Positions 1 through 9,112 of a stretch of 25,248 nt of DNA are shown here, one piece after another. Numbering within the stretch: the first letter of the stretch is position 1; each line of letters begins with the position of its first letter. Under the pieces are notes generated by a model. That model saw only the letters and a list, made by a program, of their open reading frames with translations, was not told the DNA's origin and did no database searches. This stretch comes from Cladosporium halotolerans. Lineage: Eukaryota. The position numbers were made by a program, and so were the translations under genes. The DNA lies in NCBI RefSeq assembly GCF_011745625.1, contig NW_027191453.1:1302001-1327248 (forward strand). The letters run 5' to 3'.

Positions 1-134
1 TCCCCGCGCCAAGGCTGAGAGAGCGCCCAGCGTCATTGGTCGGCCAGATGCGACTTCATGCTCGCTTTCTCTGCCCTGCCCATTCCACATCTCCACCTAC
101 ACATCAACAATCACACAAACCACACAGCAGCAAG

Positions 135-1067
135 ATGCCTGTCGCGCTCAAGCGGAAAGGGTCGCCAAGTCTGGAAGAGGATGGCGATGCCTCGAAGCGA
201 CGCTTTGCCGAAGTCGAAGTCGCACCCCAGAGCGATGCGACAGCAGAGCCTCCTAGCAACACACCCGCCGAGGAAGCAACACCAGAGCCCGTAGAGAGCG
301 CGTCAGCATCGCCAGCACCTACGGACCGAGCAGCTCGCTTTGCCGCTCTCCGAGCACGGAATCAGGCATCACGAAAAGAGAACCTGAAAGACACCAAATC
401 AGAAGCGAAGCGACTCTCAACCGACCCTTCGCAACTTACGGCACTTAGCCGCAAAAAGGACATCGCACAGCACAAGCTTTTGAAGGCGGACACAGAGGCC
501 GCGGGAGAGGATTTCGAGCGCAAGCGGGCGTGGGACTGGACGGTTGATGAGAGCGAGCGGTGGGACAAGCGCATGGCGAAGAAGGAGCGCAACAGGGAGA
601 ATGTCGCTTTCCAGAACTACAGCAAGGAGGCCGGCAAGGTGTACAAGCGGCAAATTGGGCAGATGGAGAAAGCGGGCTTTGACGAGCGGAAAGCACAGTA
701 CGAGAAGCAAAAGAACGAGGCCATCGATCGCGCGGTGCAGAGCGGCGGGTTGGAGATTGTGGAGACAGAAAGCGGAGAGCTGATTGCGGTGGATAAAGAC
801 GGGCAGTTCTATTCGACGGCAGACTCGACGCAGTTCGTCGACAGCAAGCCCGATCGCGCTGCGGTTGATCGATTGGTCGATGAAATCAAGAAGGCTGAAG
901 AGAACAGACTGAGGAAGCGCAGAGAGAGGGGTCTCAAGGACGATGGAGGCGAGGATGTCTCGTATATCAACGAGAAGAACAAGCAATTCAACCAGAAGCT
1001 CGCGCGCTTCTACAATAAGTACACTGGGGATATTCGGGAGAGCTTCGAGAGAGGGACGGCGATATGA
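135..1067 (+). CDS. SYF2: Pre-mRNA splicing factor Syf2 (NineTeen complex), single exon, 310 aa
   Basis: ATG at 135 (context CAAGATGCC) lies inside ORF 36..1067. Conserved Syf2 motifs: GEDFERKRAWDWTVDESERWD and the C-terminal DVSYINEKNKQFNQKLARFYNKYT..IRESFERGTA. Confidence 0.95.
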   Translation: MPVALKRKGSPSLEEDGDASKRRFAEVEVAPQSDATAEPPSNTPAEEATPEPVESASASPAPTDRAARFAALRARNQASRKENLKDTKSEAKRLSTDPSQLTALSRKKDIAQHKLLKADTEAAGEDFERKRAWDWTVDESERWDKRMAKKERNRENVAFQNYSKEAGKVYKRQIGQMEKAGFDERKAQYEKQKNEAIDRAVQSGGLEIVETESGELIAVDKDGQFYSTADSTQFVDSKPDRAAVDRLVDEIKKAEENRLRKRRERGLKDDGGEDVSYINEKNKQFNQKLARFYNKYTGDIRESFERGTAI

Positions 1068-1457
1068 TACCAGGTCAGCGACCAACAGCATACACCTAAT
1101 GATGATTTTTCCTATGATGATTTGCTTGTGTATCTCACCCTTCATTCCAAATTTCCCGTCGCATGGCGCGATCTATTGTACAGCTGAAAGAATTCTGGTC
1201 GGCAATATCGCTCAAGTTGCATTGATAGCTTGAGCTTTCACACGTGCAGGCAAATAGTCGCGAGTCCTGCGAATCCAAATTCATGGTATCACAAGCAGTA
1301 AAACAATCATACTTTACGACACGTCAACAGAACCGTTCGGGGTATCTCAATTATCAAGTAGTTTTCCTCACACCTTCCCAGACCGTACCCTACCAGAACT
1401 CCTCGCTAAAAGAGCAGCAAAAATTCAAAATCCTCCTCGAAGCGCTTCGCGCCCTCT

Positions 1458-2249
1458 TCACGCTTTCGCAGCATCAATCTTCTTCCCTAACTCCTGCATC
1501 CTCTCCTTCCTCTTCTCCGCCGCAGCCTTCTCCTCCTCGATCATCCTCGCAAGCTGCTTCTCGCTCGCATCCAGTTGGCTGACCAGCTGTCTCTCATACT
1601 GCGCGCTCCAAATCCCACCCTTCCCAGGCTCCCCGCCCTTCTGCTGCGCCTCGCCCACCGGCTTCTCAGGCAGCTGCGCGCTCGGCGGCACCTCGCCCTG
1701 GAACACCATCTCCGGCTTCTTTCCCTTGCCCCGCCCCTTCTTGACCTTCAGCCAGTTGAACTGCTCCTCATTCGTCAGGTTCTTGAAGAAGTCCTGCGTC
1801 GGCTCGTTGAACTCGATGGTCTCTACCCGCTCTGCTACAATGAAGTTCTCTTTCCGCTGCCGCTCCTGCTGCTCTTCGCTGCCATAGTATCCCAACACGA
1901 GATAGTGTTCTCGGTACTGCGCTTTCTCGCCGCTTTCGGGGGGGAAGTACAGCCTGATTTCCACGCCGAACTCGCCATATCCTGTCTCGGAGATCTCGAA
2001 GGGCCCAGGCGCTTCGATCGTCCGGCTCGCGTCCGCGTACGTGTGGTGCAGTTTGAATTGGACCTTTTTGAGCCAGGAGGAGAGATCGGGTCCGTTGGGC
2101 AGCGGGCGCACGTAGACTTTCCAGCCTTTCGAGTGTCCTTCGGGCGGGTCGGGGAAGGATGGGTGCGGGAGCTGCACGGCGGTGTTGCCGATGAGGAAGT
2201 GGCGGGAGATTTTTTGCGCTTTGAGGCGTTTGGATGTTGAGGGCGCCAT
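1458..2249 (-). CDS. YAF9: YEATS-domain protein, Yaf9/GAS41-like (NuA4/SWR1 subunit), single exon, 263 aa
   Basis: ATG at 2249 (MAPSTSKRLK). YEATS motifs W.VYVR, LSSWLKKVQFKLHHTY, RTIEAPGPFEISETGYGEF.VEIRLYF and E.IEFNEP, followed by a C-terminal coiled coil. Confidence 0.88.
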   Translation of the reverse strand: MAPSTSKRLKAQKISRHFLIGNTAVQLPHPSFPDPPEGHSKGWKVYVRPLPNGPDLSSWLKKVQFKLHHTYADASRTIEAPGPFEISETGYGEFGVEIRLYFPPESGEKAQYREHYLVLGYYGSEEQQERQRKENFIVAERVETIEFNEPTQDFFKNLTNEEQFNWLKVKKGRGKGKKPEMVFQGEVPPSAQLPEKPVGEAQQKGGEPGKGGIWSAQYERQLVSQLDASEKQLARMIEEEKAAAEKRKERMQELGKKIDAAKA

Positions 2250-2379
2250 GATTGTGGTGTTGTGATGGATGCGCACTCGTGGCGGTGCTGGTGAGGGCTG
2301 ACGAGGTGGATGGTGGTGTTGAGGTAAGTTCGAAGGCCGAAGATCGCGAGTCGCGCGAGCGTGATGGTCTTGAGAAGTG

Positions 2380-2397
2380 TTAGGGTTAGGGTTGGGG
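2380..2397 (+). repeat. Short interstitial telomere-like repeat TTAGGG-TTAGGG-TTGGGG, about 130 bp upstream of the YAF9 start
   Basis: Read directly: ...gtgTTAGGGTTAGGGTTGGGGttt... Confidence 0.7.
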
Positions 2398-2497
2398 TTT
2401 GCGGTGACGTTCAATTGATTAATTGCGATGGTGCGAATGGATCAGGTGGAAGCGGCTACCTAGGCGAGTTGTTGGTCTATATTTGATTGTATAGATT

Positions 2498-3234
2498 CTA
2501 GAATTCTCTGAGGTCTTGTCTCTTGAACCATTCTTGCAGCAGGGACTCGGGCGCATCTTTGACGAGCACATGAACATGGTCAACGCCCCTCACGCTTTGC
2601 AAGCTCACCCAATTCTTGAACCACATCACTCTCCGCCTGGCTTCTTCTACACCGCCGTCGCATTCCTTCGCCAAACTTTGCACAAAGTGTTGGTCAACAA
2701 ATGCCTCTATCAATTGTCTTGAGGCGGGTGTCACATCACCTCGGACGTCATCAACCGCAATCGGCGTGCGCGACCAGACAAGGATGTGAGAGATCCCCGG
2801 CTCAAAGCCGTACGGCCAATCGTTCAACAACACAGTGTAGTCTCTGGTATCTTCGAAGGGAACAGAGGAGTGATGTGTAAACGAGTGGGCAGTCACCGGC
2901 TGGTCGTCTTTGGGTGTCCAAGCCAAGCGCTCCTTGACAACGAAATTGGTGATGCTGCCATAGGCCTTCTTGGTCTTGTATGACCAGCGCAGATACTTGT
3001 GCAGGTCTGATGGTAGGCGTTTGAGCTGTTCTAATTTATTGTTTTCTTATGGCATGTCAGAGTGGGCGTGTGTGAGACATGCAATACTGAAGAGTTGGTA
3101 CCAATGATTTGCTTCAGATCATCCCACGTCGTACGATGATAGTCTTCGTCTTTTGTGGCGAGGATCTCTCGATCGATAGACGTCAGTGGGAATGGGGGGT
3201 TGTTCAAGTCGAGCTCGTCGTCGATGTCGCCCAT
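2498..3234 (-). CDS. GIG1: GIG1 / DUF3605 family (N-acetylglucosamine-induced protein 1-like), 2 exons (3234-3102, 3045-2498), about 226 aa
   Basis: Spliced product MGDID...TWDDLKQII-ENNKLEQLKRLPSDLHKYLRW...FVVKERL.W...LLNDWPYGFEPGISHILVWSRT...WFKNWVSLQSVRGVDHVHVLV. Intron 3046-3101 has donor GTACCA, branch CTGAC and acceptor AAG. An in-frame alternative TAG acceptor lies 15 nt further into the exon. Confidence 0.85.
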
Positions 3235-3576
3235 TTTGGAAAAGCAGGAAGCAGGGCGAAAGGGCTGCGTCATGCGCAGAGGTACGCGGAGATACTGTCC
3301 TCCCCGTTTCCCGTCACGGTCAAGTCTGCACGGGTTGGTTTGCCGAATTGGGGAGTTTTGGTTGGAGCCGGCAGGGCGTCGCAGGGTCGAACAGGGTCGG
3401 CGAGCCGAAGGTGGGGGGAACTTGGAGAAATCGTTCGAGCTGCCGTTTGCGCGCGGCCATCACCGCTGCTGATAGCCCAACCAACTTCTGTCAACGCTGG
3501 AGGGCAGACTCACAACCCTGCTGTGTCCCAGCAACAGCGACATTCGTTTCCTCACCTCACTTCCAGCACCTCCAGC

Positions 3577-4646
3577 ATGTCGACCTCGCACACCGCGAAG
3601 CCCACCGGCCCATTGGCGCCGCAGTACATCACTGGCGTTTACATTCCCTCGGCCATCCTGATCGCCGGTACCGCTGTCTTCAAGCTGCAATGGCTTCCTC
3701 TTGCGATCGCAGTTTGCGCCGCTCTGGGTGGCTATCAGGTCTTCAACAACCGTAAGACTATCGGAGACCTTTATACACAGTATAACATCCACTGACCGCC
3801 CCAGAATCCAAGAAGGTCCTTGATCCCACCAACTTTCAGGAATTCCCTCTCACCGAGAAGACCATCCTCTCCCACAACACCGCCGTCTACCGCTTTGGCC
3901 TGCCCACCCCGAACAGCATCCTCGGCCTGCCCATCGGCCAGCACATCTCCCTCGCTGCCAACCTCGACGTCAAGGACCCCAAGACCGAGGCCGTGACCAA
4001 CAAGGAAGTCGTCCGCTCCTACACTCCCATCTCCTCCGATGTCAACCCCGGCTACTTCGACCTGCTCATTAAGAGCTACCCGACCGGAAACATCAGCCGT
4101 CACCTCGCTACCCTGAAGATCGGCGACACGATGAAGGTCAAGGGCCCCAAGGGCGCCATGGTGTACACTCCCAACATGGTTAAGCGTTTTGGCATGATCG
4201 CTGGTGGCACTGGTATCACCCCCATGCTGCAGGTTGCCAAGGCGATCCTGAGGGGTAGGGCTTCTGGCGACAAGACCGAGGTCGACCTGATCTTCGCCAA
4301 CGTCAACGAGGAGGACATTCTTTTGAGGGAGGACCTGGAGAAGCTCGCGCGCGAAGACTCTGGCTTCAGGGTCCACCACGTGCTCAACAACCCGCCTGAG
4401 GGCTGGACTGGCGGTGTTGGCTTCGTCACTGCGGACATGATCAAGGTACGGAAATTCAATGACGAATTGTAGACTATTCAACTAACAACGTTATAGGACA
4501 AACTCCCTGGCCCCGCTCCCGACGTCAAGATCCTCATCTGCGGCCCGCCTCCCATGGTCAGTGCCATGAAGAAGGCCACCGAGTCTCTTGGCTACACGAA
4601 GGCCAGGCCCGTCAGCAAGCTTGAGGACCAGGTCTTCTGCTTCTAG
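3577..4646 (+). CDS. CBR1: NADH-cytochrome b5 reductase 1, 3 exons (3577-3751, 3805-4445, 4497-4646)
   Basis: N-terminal hydrophobic anchor, then [54 protein letters not shown] and a C-terminal DQVFCF. Introns 3752-3804 (GTAAGA..CTGAC..CAG) and 4446-4496 (GTACGG..CTAAC..TAG) restore the frame. Confidence 0.95.
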
Positions 4647-5076
4647 ACGTACATCATAAAGGGAAACCCTTCAGAATTCAAGATCGCACACAGAGAAGAC
4701 AACTTCACGCAGCGTGGCGCCGGTGGTAGAGTTTGTTTGGCTTTTGGTCTGTGAATGCTGATAATCATACATAATTGCTGAAATGGCATGCTCGATGTCT
4801 GCATCGGGGCACGCTGCCAATGAAAAGACGTTCTGAAATGACTCAGAGTCCTAACCATCCATCTGATGGATGAATTGATAATTCAAAGCTCTACAAATTG
4901 CAAACGAAGATTGTTTTCATCTTAGGATACCAGTATCCAAGCAGGTCCGTTCCTCAGCGCTCTAGACATTCAGTAGCCAGGCTGCAACCCTCCAACAACA
5001 GACCCAAGGCTCATGTTGCTTGGCCATGAAGTCCAAGTTTGAACCGTCGACAGCCAGGCGAACCCACCAAATTCAT

Positions 5077-5997
5077 TCACAGCCCCAACCAATCCCTCAG
5101 AATCCCCTCAAATCGCTCCGGCTGATCCAACATAACCAAATGCCCCGCCCCCTCCACAACCTCAAACCCCTCCAACCTCTCCCCCACCATCTCGGAAAAC
5201 CCCTCCACCTTCTCCCTCGGAACCCACCCATCCCCCTCCCCCCAAACAACCCTCACCCCACACCTCACCCGCCCGTACAGCCCCCCCTCAACCATCTCCT
5301 CCACATCCCCGTCCTCCGCCTGCGCCACCTGCCGCACAAACGCCTCCTGCCCCCGACTCCCAAGCCACGGCGCGACAAGCTCCTCTTCCCAACCCCCCCT
5401 CAACCCAACCAAGCTCCCGCTCCGCACAGCAGCCCGCACAACCGCTTCCCAGATATGCCCCGGCAGCCGCTGGAAGACGCTCGGTTCTGCCCGCGCGAGG
5501 CTGTAGAACCCGTCGCCCCAGGGGAGGACGGCGTTCGCGTCGCTGAGCAGGAGGCGGGAGAATTCGATTCCGTGGAGCAGGTGGGCGCGCAGGGCGATCG
5601 CGCCGCCGATGTCGTGGGCTAGGATGGAGGGGGCGGGGCTGGAGAGGTTGAGGTGGGCGAGGAGCGCGGAGAGGGCGGTTGCTTGGTGGTGGACGGAGGT
5701 GGTGCCGGCGAAGCCTTTGGACGTTGGGTTGGAGGTGGTGGTGGTGGTGTCGAGGTGTTGGGATTGGCCGTAGCCGGGGAGGTCGTAGAGGAGGATGCGG
5801 AGGGTGGGGTTTGTGGTTTGGAGGGAGTTGGCGAGGGGCAGGAAGACGGTGGAGGACCAGGGCGTTCCGTGGATGAAGATTAGGGTTTGGGTTGGTTGGA
5901 TGGGCGAGGGTGGTGCGAGGAGGGTGTATTTGATTGTCCAGTTCGCGTGGTGGAAGGTTGCGGGGAGGTTGGCTGGTTGGGCTTTGGGGAGGGTCAT
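5077..5997 (-). CDS. Alpha/beta-fold hydrolase (epoxide hydrolase / dehalogenase-like, Asp nucleophile), intronless, 306 aa
   Basis: Motifs FIHGTPWSS (oxyanion), YDLPGYGQS, AHDIGG (nucleophile elbow), VVWGEGDGWVP (acid) and GAGHLVMLDQPE (catalytic His). Confidence 0.88.
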   Translation of the reverse strand: MTLPKAQPANLPATFHHANWTIKYTLLAPPSPIQPTQTLIFIHGTPWSSTVFLPLANSLQTTNPTLRILLYDLPGYGQSQHLDTTTTTSNPTSKGFAGTTSVHHQATALSALLAHLNLSSPAPSILAHDIGGAIALRAHLLHGIEFSRLLLSDANAVLPWGDGFYSLARAEPSVFQRLPGHIWEAVVRAAVRSGSLVGLRGGWEEELVAPWLGSRGQEAFVRQVAQAEDGDVEEMVEGGLYGRVRCGVRVVWGEGDGWVPREKVEGFSEMVGERLEGFEVVEGAGHLVMLDQPERFEGILRDWLGL

Positions 5998-6726
5998 TGT
6001 TCTTGTTACTTTGGGTGTTGGAGGAAATCCGAATAGAATTGAGACTGCCGTTGTATCGTTCCTTGAGTCTTGGATGTAATATCAATGGTGGTCATTCACC
6101 TGAGGTGCATGTAAATTGAACGTGCGAAATGGTTCGCAAGGTACATCCCTTTCTCGTCCATAATATATCATTTCCCTTACCTCAAAACCGTGCCCAATTG
6201 CTCAGCAATTTCTCTCTACGTATTGCCCATTGGGCAATTGGAAGTCAAAGATGCCAAATATCCATTGATCTATCGTCATAGGGCGCTCCTCCGGGGCTAT
6301 CCTCAACTCTCATTGGTCAGTTCCAATTCATCTGCAGCGGACGCGCCACTTCTTGCTTTGCAAGTCTCCCAATCCTACCTTTCTGGTATTACCATCTCAA
6401 AGTGTTCAGAGAACCTCCGAAACTATTTGGGTAACCTTGTGTGAAACTCATTCGTAATGCATTGGAGCGAGCCCAGCATTTAAATCACCACTACATGACG
6501 CGTGAACAAAATGCCGGCGCGAGAAACATCACCAGAGACCACGGGATGGAACGAGTGACTCGTACTGTTGACAAAATGATCGAGCGAGAAAGAAGTCTCA
6601 TTATTCCCCTCACTACGATTCCGAACATCTAAAACGTCACCCCATCGCACGCAGCAAGCAAGGTCCACACGCAAAACACCGTCCGCGCGAGAAGACTCGC
6701 CCTCCACGCGCCCAGAAGCGCGCCAT

Positions 6727-8579
6727 CTAGAACAAGTAACCCAGCGTATGCCTGTAGATGACATTCGGCCTGCGGCCGTGCGCCTTGTCGTCGGCCTCCT
6801 TGGCCAGCCACTCGGCCTCGTCGGCGTCCACGACGTCTTTGCCCGTCCACAGGTCGGCTTCCGCCGGGTTGACTTCTTTCGTGCGCTTGACGATCTTGTA
6901 GCCGAGGATCATGATGAGGTAGAGGGGGATGCCCTGTGGATTTGGAGGTTAGCTATGCGGTTTTTGGGGGGTGGAAACTGTAGAGAGAAGGACTTACGAG
7001 GTATCCCGTGATGAAGTTCTTGTAGTCGAAGCCGCCGACGAAGACGTCGAAGTTCTTCGTCAGGGAGACGAGGACGCAGAAGGCCAGGGCGCAGTACGCG
7101 CCCCACAGGCCGAATGGCGACTTGTAGCGCATGCTCTTCTCGTCGACGCCTTGCGCGCGCCGGGCCTTGACGAAGTAGATGTAAGAAACGAGGATCGAGA
7201 CCCAGGTCAGGAGACCGAAGATCGACACCAGGTTGACGAAGTAGCCGAAAACGGTGCGCGAGCCGCTGCTGACGCTCATGAAGGCCAGGCAGCAGAAGCA
7301 GGCGGACAGGGCGAGGGCGGGCACGGGCACACCCTTCTTGTTGGTCTTTGCGAGGAACTTGGGAGCGAAGCCCTTCATGGCTTGGCCGTGGAGGGTACGG
7401 GAGGCGATGTACAGGTCGGAGTTGGCGGCGGAGAAGACGAAGATGAGGATGGCGGCGTTCATGATGTGGTCGAGGTACTTGATGCGGGCCATTTCAATGG
7501 CGACGACGAAAGGCGAAGCAGCGGCGGAGCTCTTGTTGCCGGCCGCACCGCCCTTGGTGGCGGAGACGAGGATCTCGCTGTTGTAGGGCACGCACATTCC
7601 GAGAAGGAGGACGGAGAAGACGTAGAAGACGAGGATACGCCAGAAGGTCAACTTGATGGCGCGGGGAACGTTGCGGCGAGGGTTCTCGGCTTCGCCAACA
7701 GTGACACCGATCAGCTCGGTTCCGAGGAAAGCGAAGACGGCAGTGACCATGGACGACCAGATGGCGAGGAAACGGCCCCAGCTGCCGGTGGCAATGTAGG
7801 GGTGGAACGCGCCCGGATCGTTCCAGTAGCGGAAACCAATGGCGTCCTGGCCCTCGACACCGCCGCTGGTGATGCAGATGAGGAGAATGAGGAGGCCGAT
7901 GATGACGACGACTTTGATGGAGGACAGCCAGAACTCGAATTCACCGAAGAATCTGATGCCAAAGTAGTTGATTGCGATGATGATGACCATGAAAATGGCA
8001 ATCCAGACACCGGGATTGACTCTTTCTGCTGGCAACCAAAACTGGATGACTAGGGAAGCTGCCGTCAACTGGTTTGGCGTGATGATGATGTATTTGAACC
8101 AGTAGGTGTATCCGAGGGCGAAACCAAGAGCAGGGTCACAGAAACGGGTGGCGTAGGTGGCGAAACCACCAGCAGCGGGAAGCCATGTTGCCATCTCGCC
8201 GAGGGAGCACATGACGACGTAGACGAGCACACCGATGAGAGAGTAAGCGATGAGGATGGAGGCAGGGCCGGCTTTCTGAAGAGCAGAGCCAGTTCCAATG
8301 ATCAAACCAGTACCTTTCAAAATGTCAGTCTGGGGCTTACTGCACCAAGCCTTCTCCCAAACACGACTTACCGACAGCACCACCGATAGCAATCATACTA
8401 ATCTGGCGGGCTTTGAGACCACGGTGCAAACTCTCATCTTTCCTGTCGGGATCTGTGTAGAGCTGGGCATCGTGGGCGTCAATCGCGCCGTGCTCCTTGA
8501 AGCCATATTCGACCTTGCTGTTGTCCGGGGACGAGCTGTCACGGCCGATGTCGTAGTCGCGGCCAGTCGCGTGCGCCAT
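6727..8579 (-). CDS. DIP5: Amino-acid permease, YAT family, dicarboxylic amino acid permease (Dip5)-like, 3 exons (8579-8372, 8313-6998, 6933-6727)
   Basis: Motifs LHRGLKARQISMIAIGGAVG-TGLIIGTG, FGEFEFWLSSIKV, GFRYWNDPGAF, FAFLGTELIGVTVGEAENPRR, FSAANSDLYIASRTL and FITGYLGIPLY. Introns are 8314-8371 and 6934-6997 (GTAAGT donors, CTGAC/CTAAC branch sites). The family is certain; the orthology to Dip5 is inferred. Confidence 0.9.
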
Positions 8580-8795
8580 GGCTGGTGTGGTGATGCTAGC
8601 CCAAGGCTGCGACTGTGAATTTGTTTCCTGTGTGGTATCCTGTTCCTACCGTTCTGCTCGCGGCAACAGACGGTCCAAGCGAACCCTCCGCGGGGTGGTG
8701 AGGAGGAGGAAGTGAAGAGAGGGATGAGAGGGTGTAGATCGACCGGAGCAAGACACGAGGCGGCCACGAGCGAAACGGGCGGCGATGGTGGAGTC

Positions 8796-8801
8796 TATAT
8801 A
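8796..8801 (-). promoter_or_regulatory. Candidate TATA element of the amino-acid permease
   Basis: TATATA island in GC-rich sequence about 220 bp upstream of the ATG, followed on the minus strand by a CT-rich tract (about 8700-8732) typical of fungal promoters and 5' leaders. Confidence 0.45.
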
Positions 8802-9112
8802 GTGCAGCGGCGGGCTCGACCTACCTGAGGTGGCATCGATGTGGCCTCGGGCGGCGGCGGTGACATATCTCGCGCCATTCACGGCGCGCACGCCCGGCGG
8901 AGGGTGAAGAGGCGGGTGAGGGCATCTCAGGCACTGGCACTGGCACCGGCGGACGGAGGGCGTTCGGCGCGCGAGAGACACAACGATGTCGCGCAGCCAA
9001 TGAAGTGCCGTCCCGGGAAGGGACTGAGGCCGAAGGAGGCATGGCGCAGCGCAAGCACTCCGCCTCGCACGCCTCGCACGTACAGCGCCGGCGCAAGCAG
9101 CGTCGGTATCAG

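Noticed and set aside
36..134. N-terminal extension of the SYF2 ORF (similarly the YAF9 extension 2250-2414)
   Set aside because: The ORF-track starts are non-ATG codons or in poorer context, and the extensions are low-complexity leader-like sequence. Downstream ATGs at 135 and 2249 fit better.
1099..1187. Two ATGATGA (box C-like) motifs at 1099 and 1114 with CTGA (box D-like) at 1184, suggesting a C/D snoRNA
   Set aside because: It lies in the SYF2 3' UTR, has no convincing terminal stem, and I recognise no rRNA-complementary guide. More likely a 10-bp direct repeat. A snoRNA/Rfam scan would settle it.
6190..6632. Two abutting small + strand ORFs (84 and 63 aa)
   Set aside because: GTG starts and no motifs. 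They lie between the permease stop and the hydrolase start, i.e. terminator and promoter DNA.
6971..8053. 360-aa ORF antisense to the amino-acid permease (also 417-1145, 1575-2240, 3771-4481, 11284-12108, 16203-17276, 19487-20296)
   Set aside because: Shadow ORFs caused by GC-rich codon bias of the real gene on the opposite strand. No recognisable domains.
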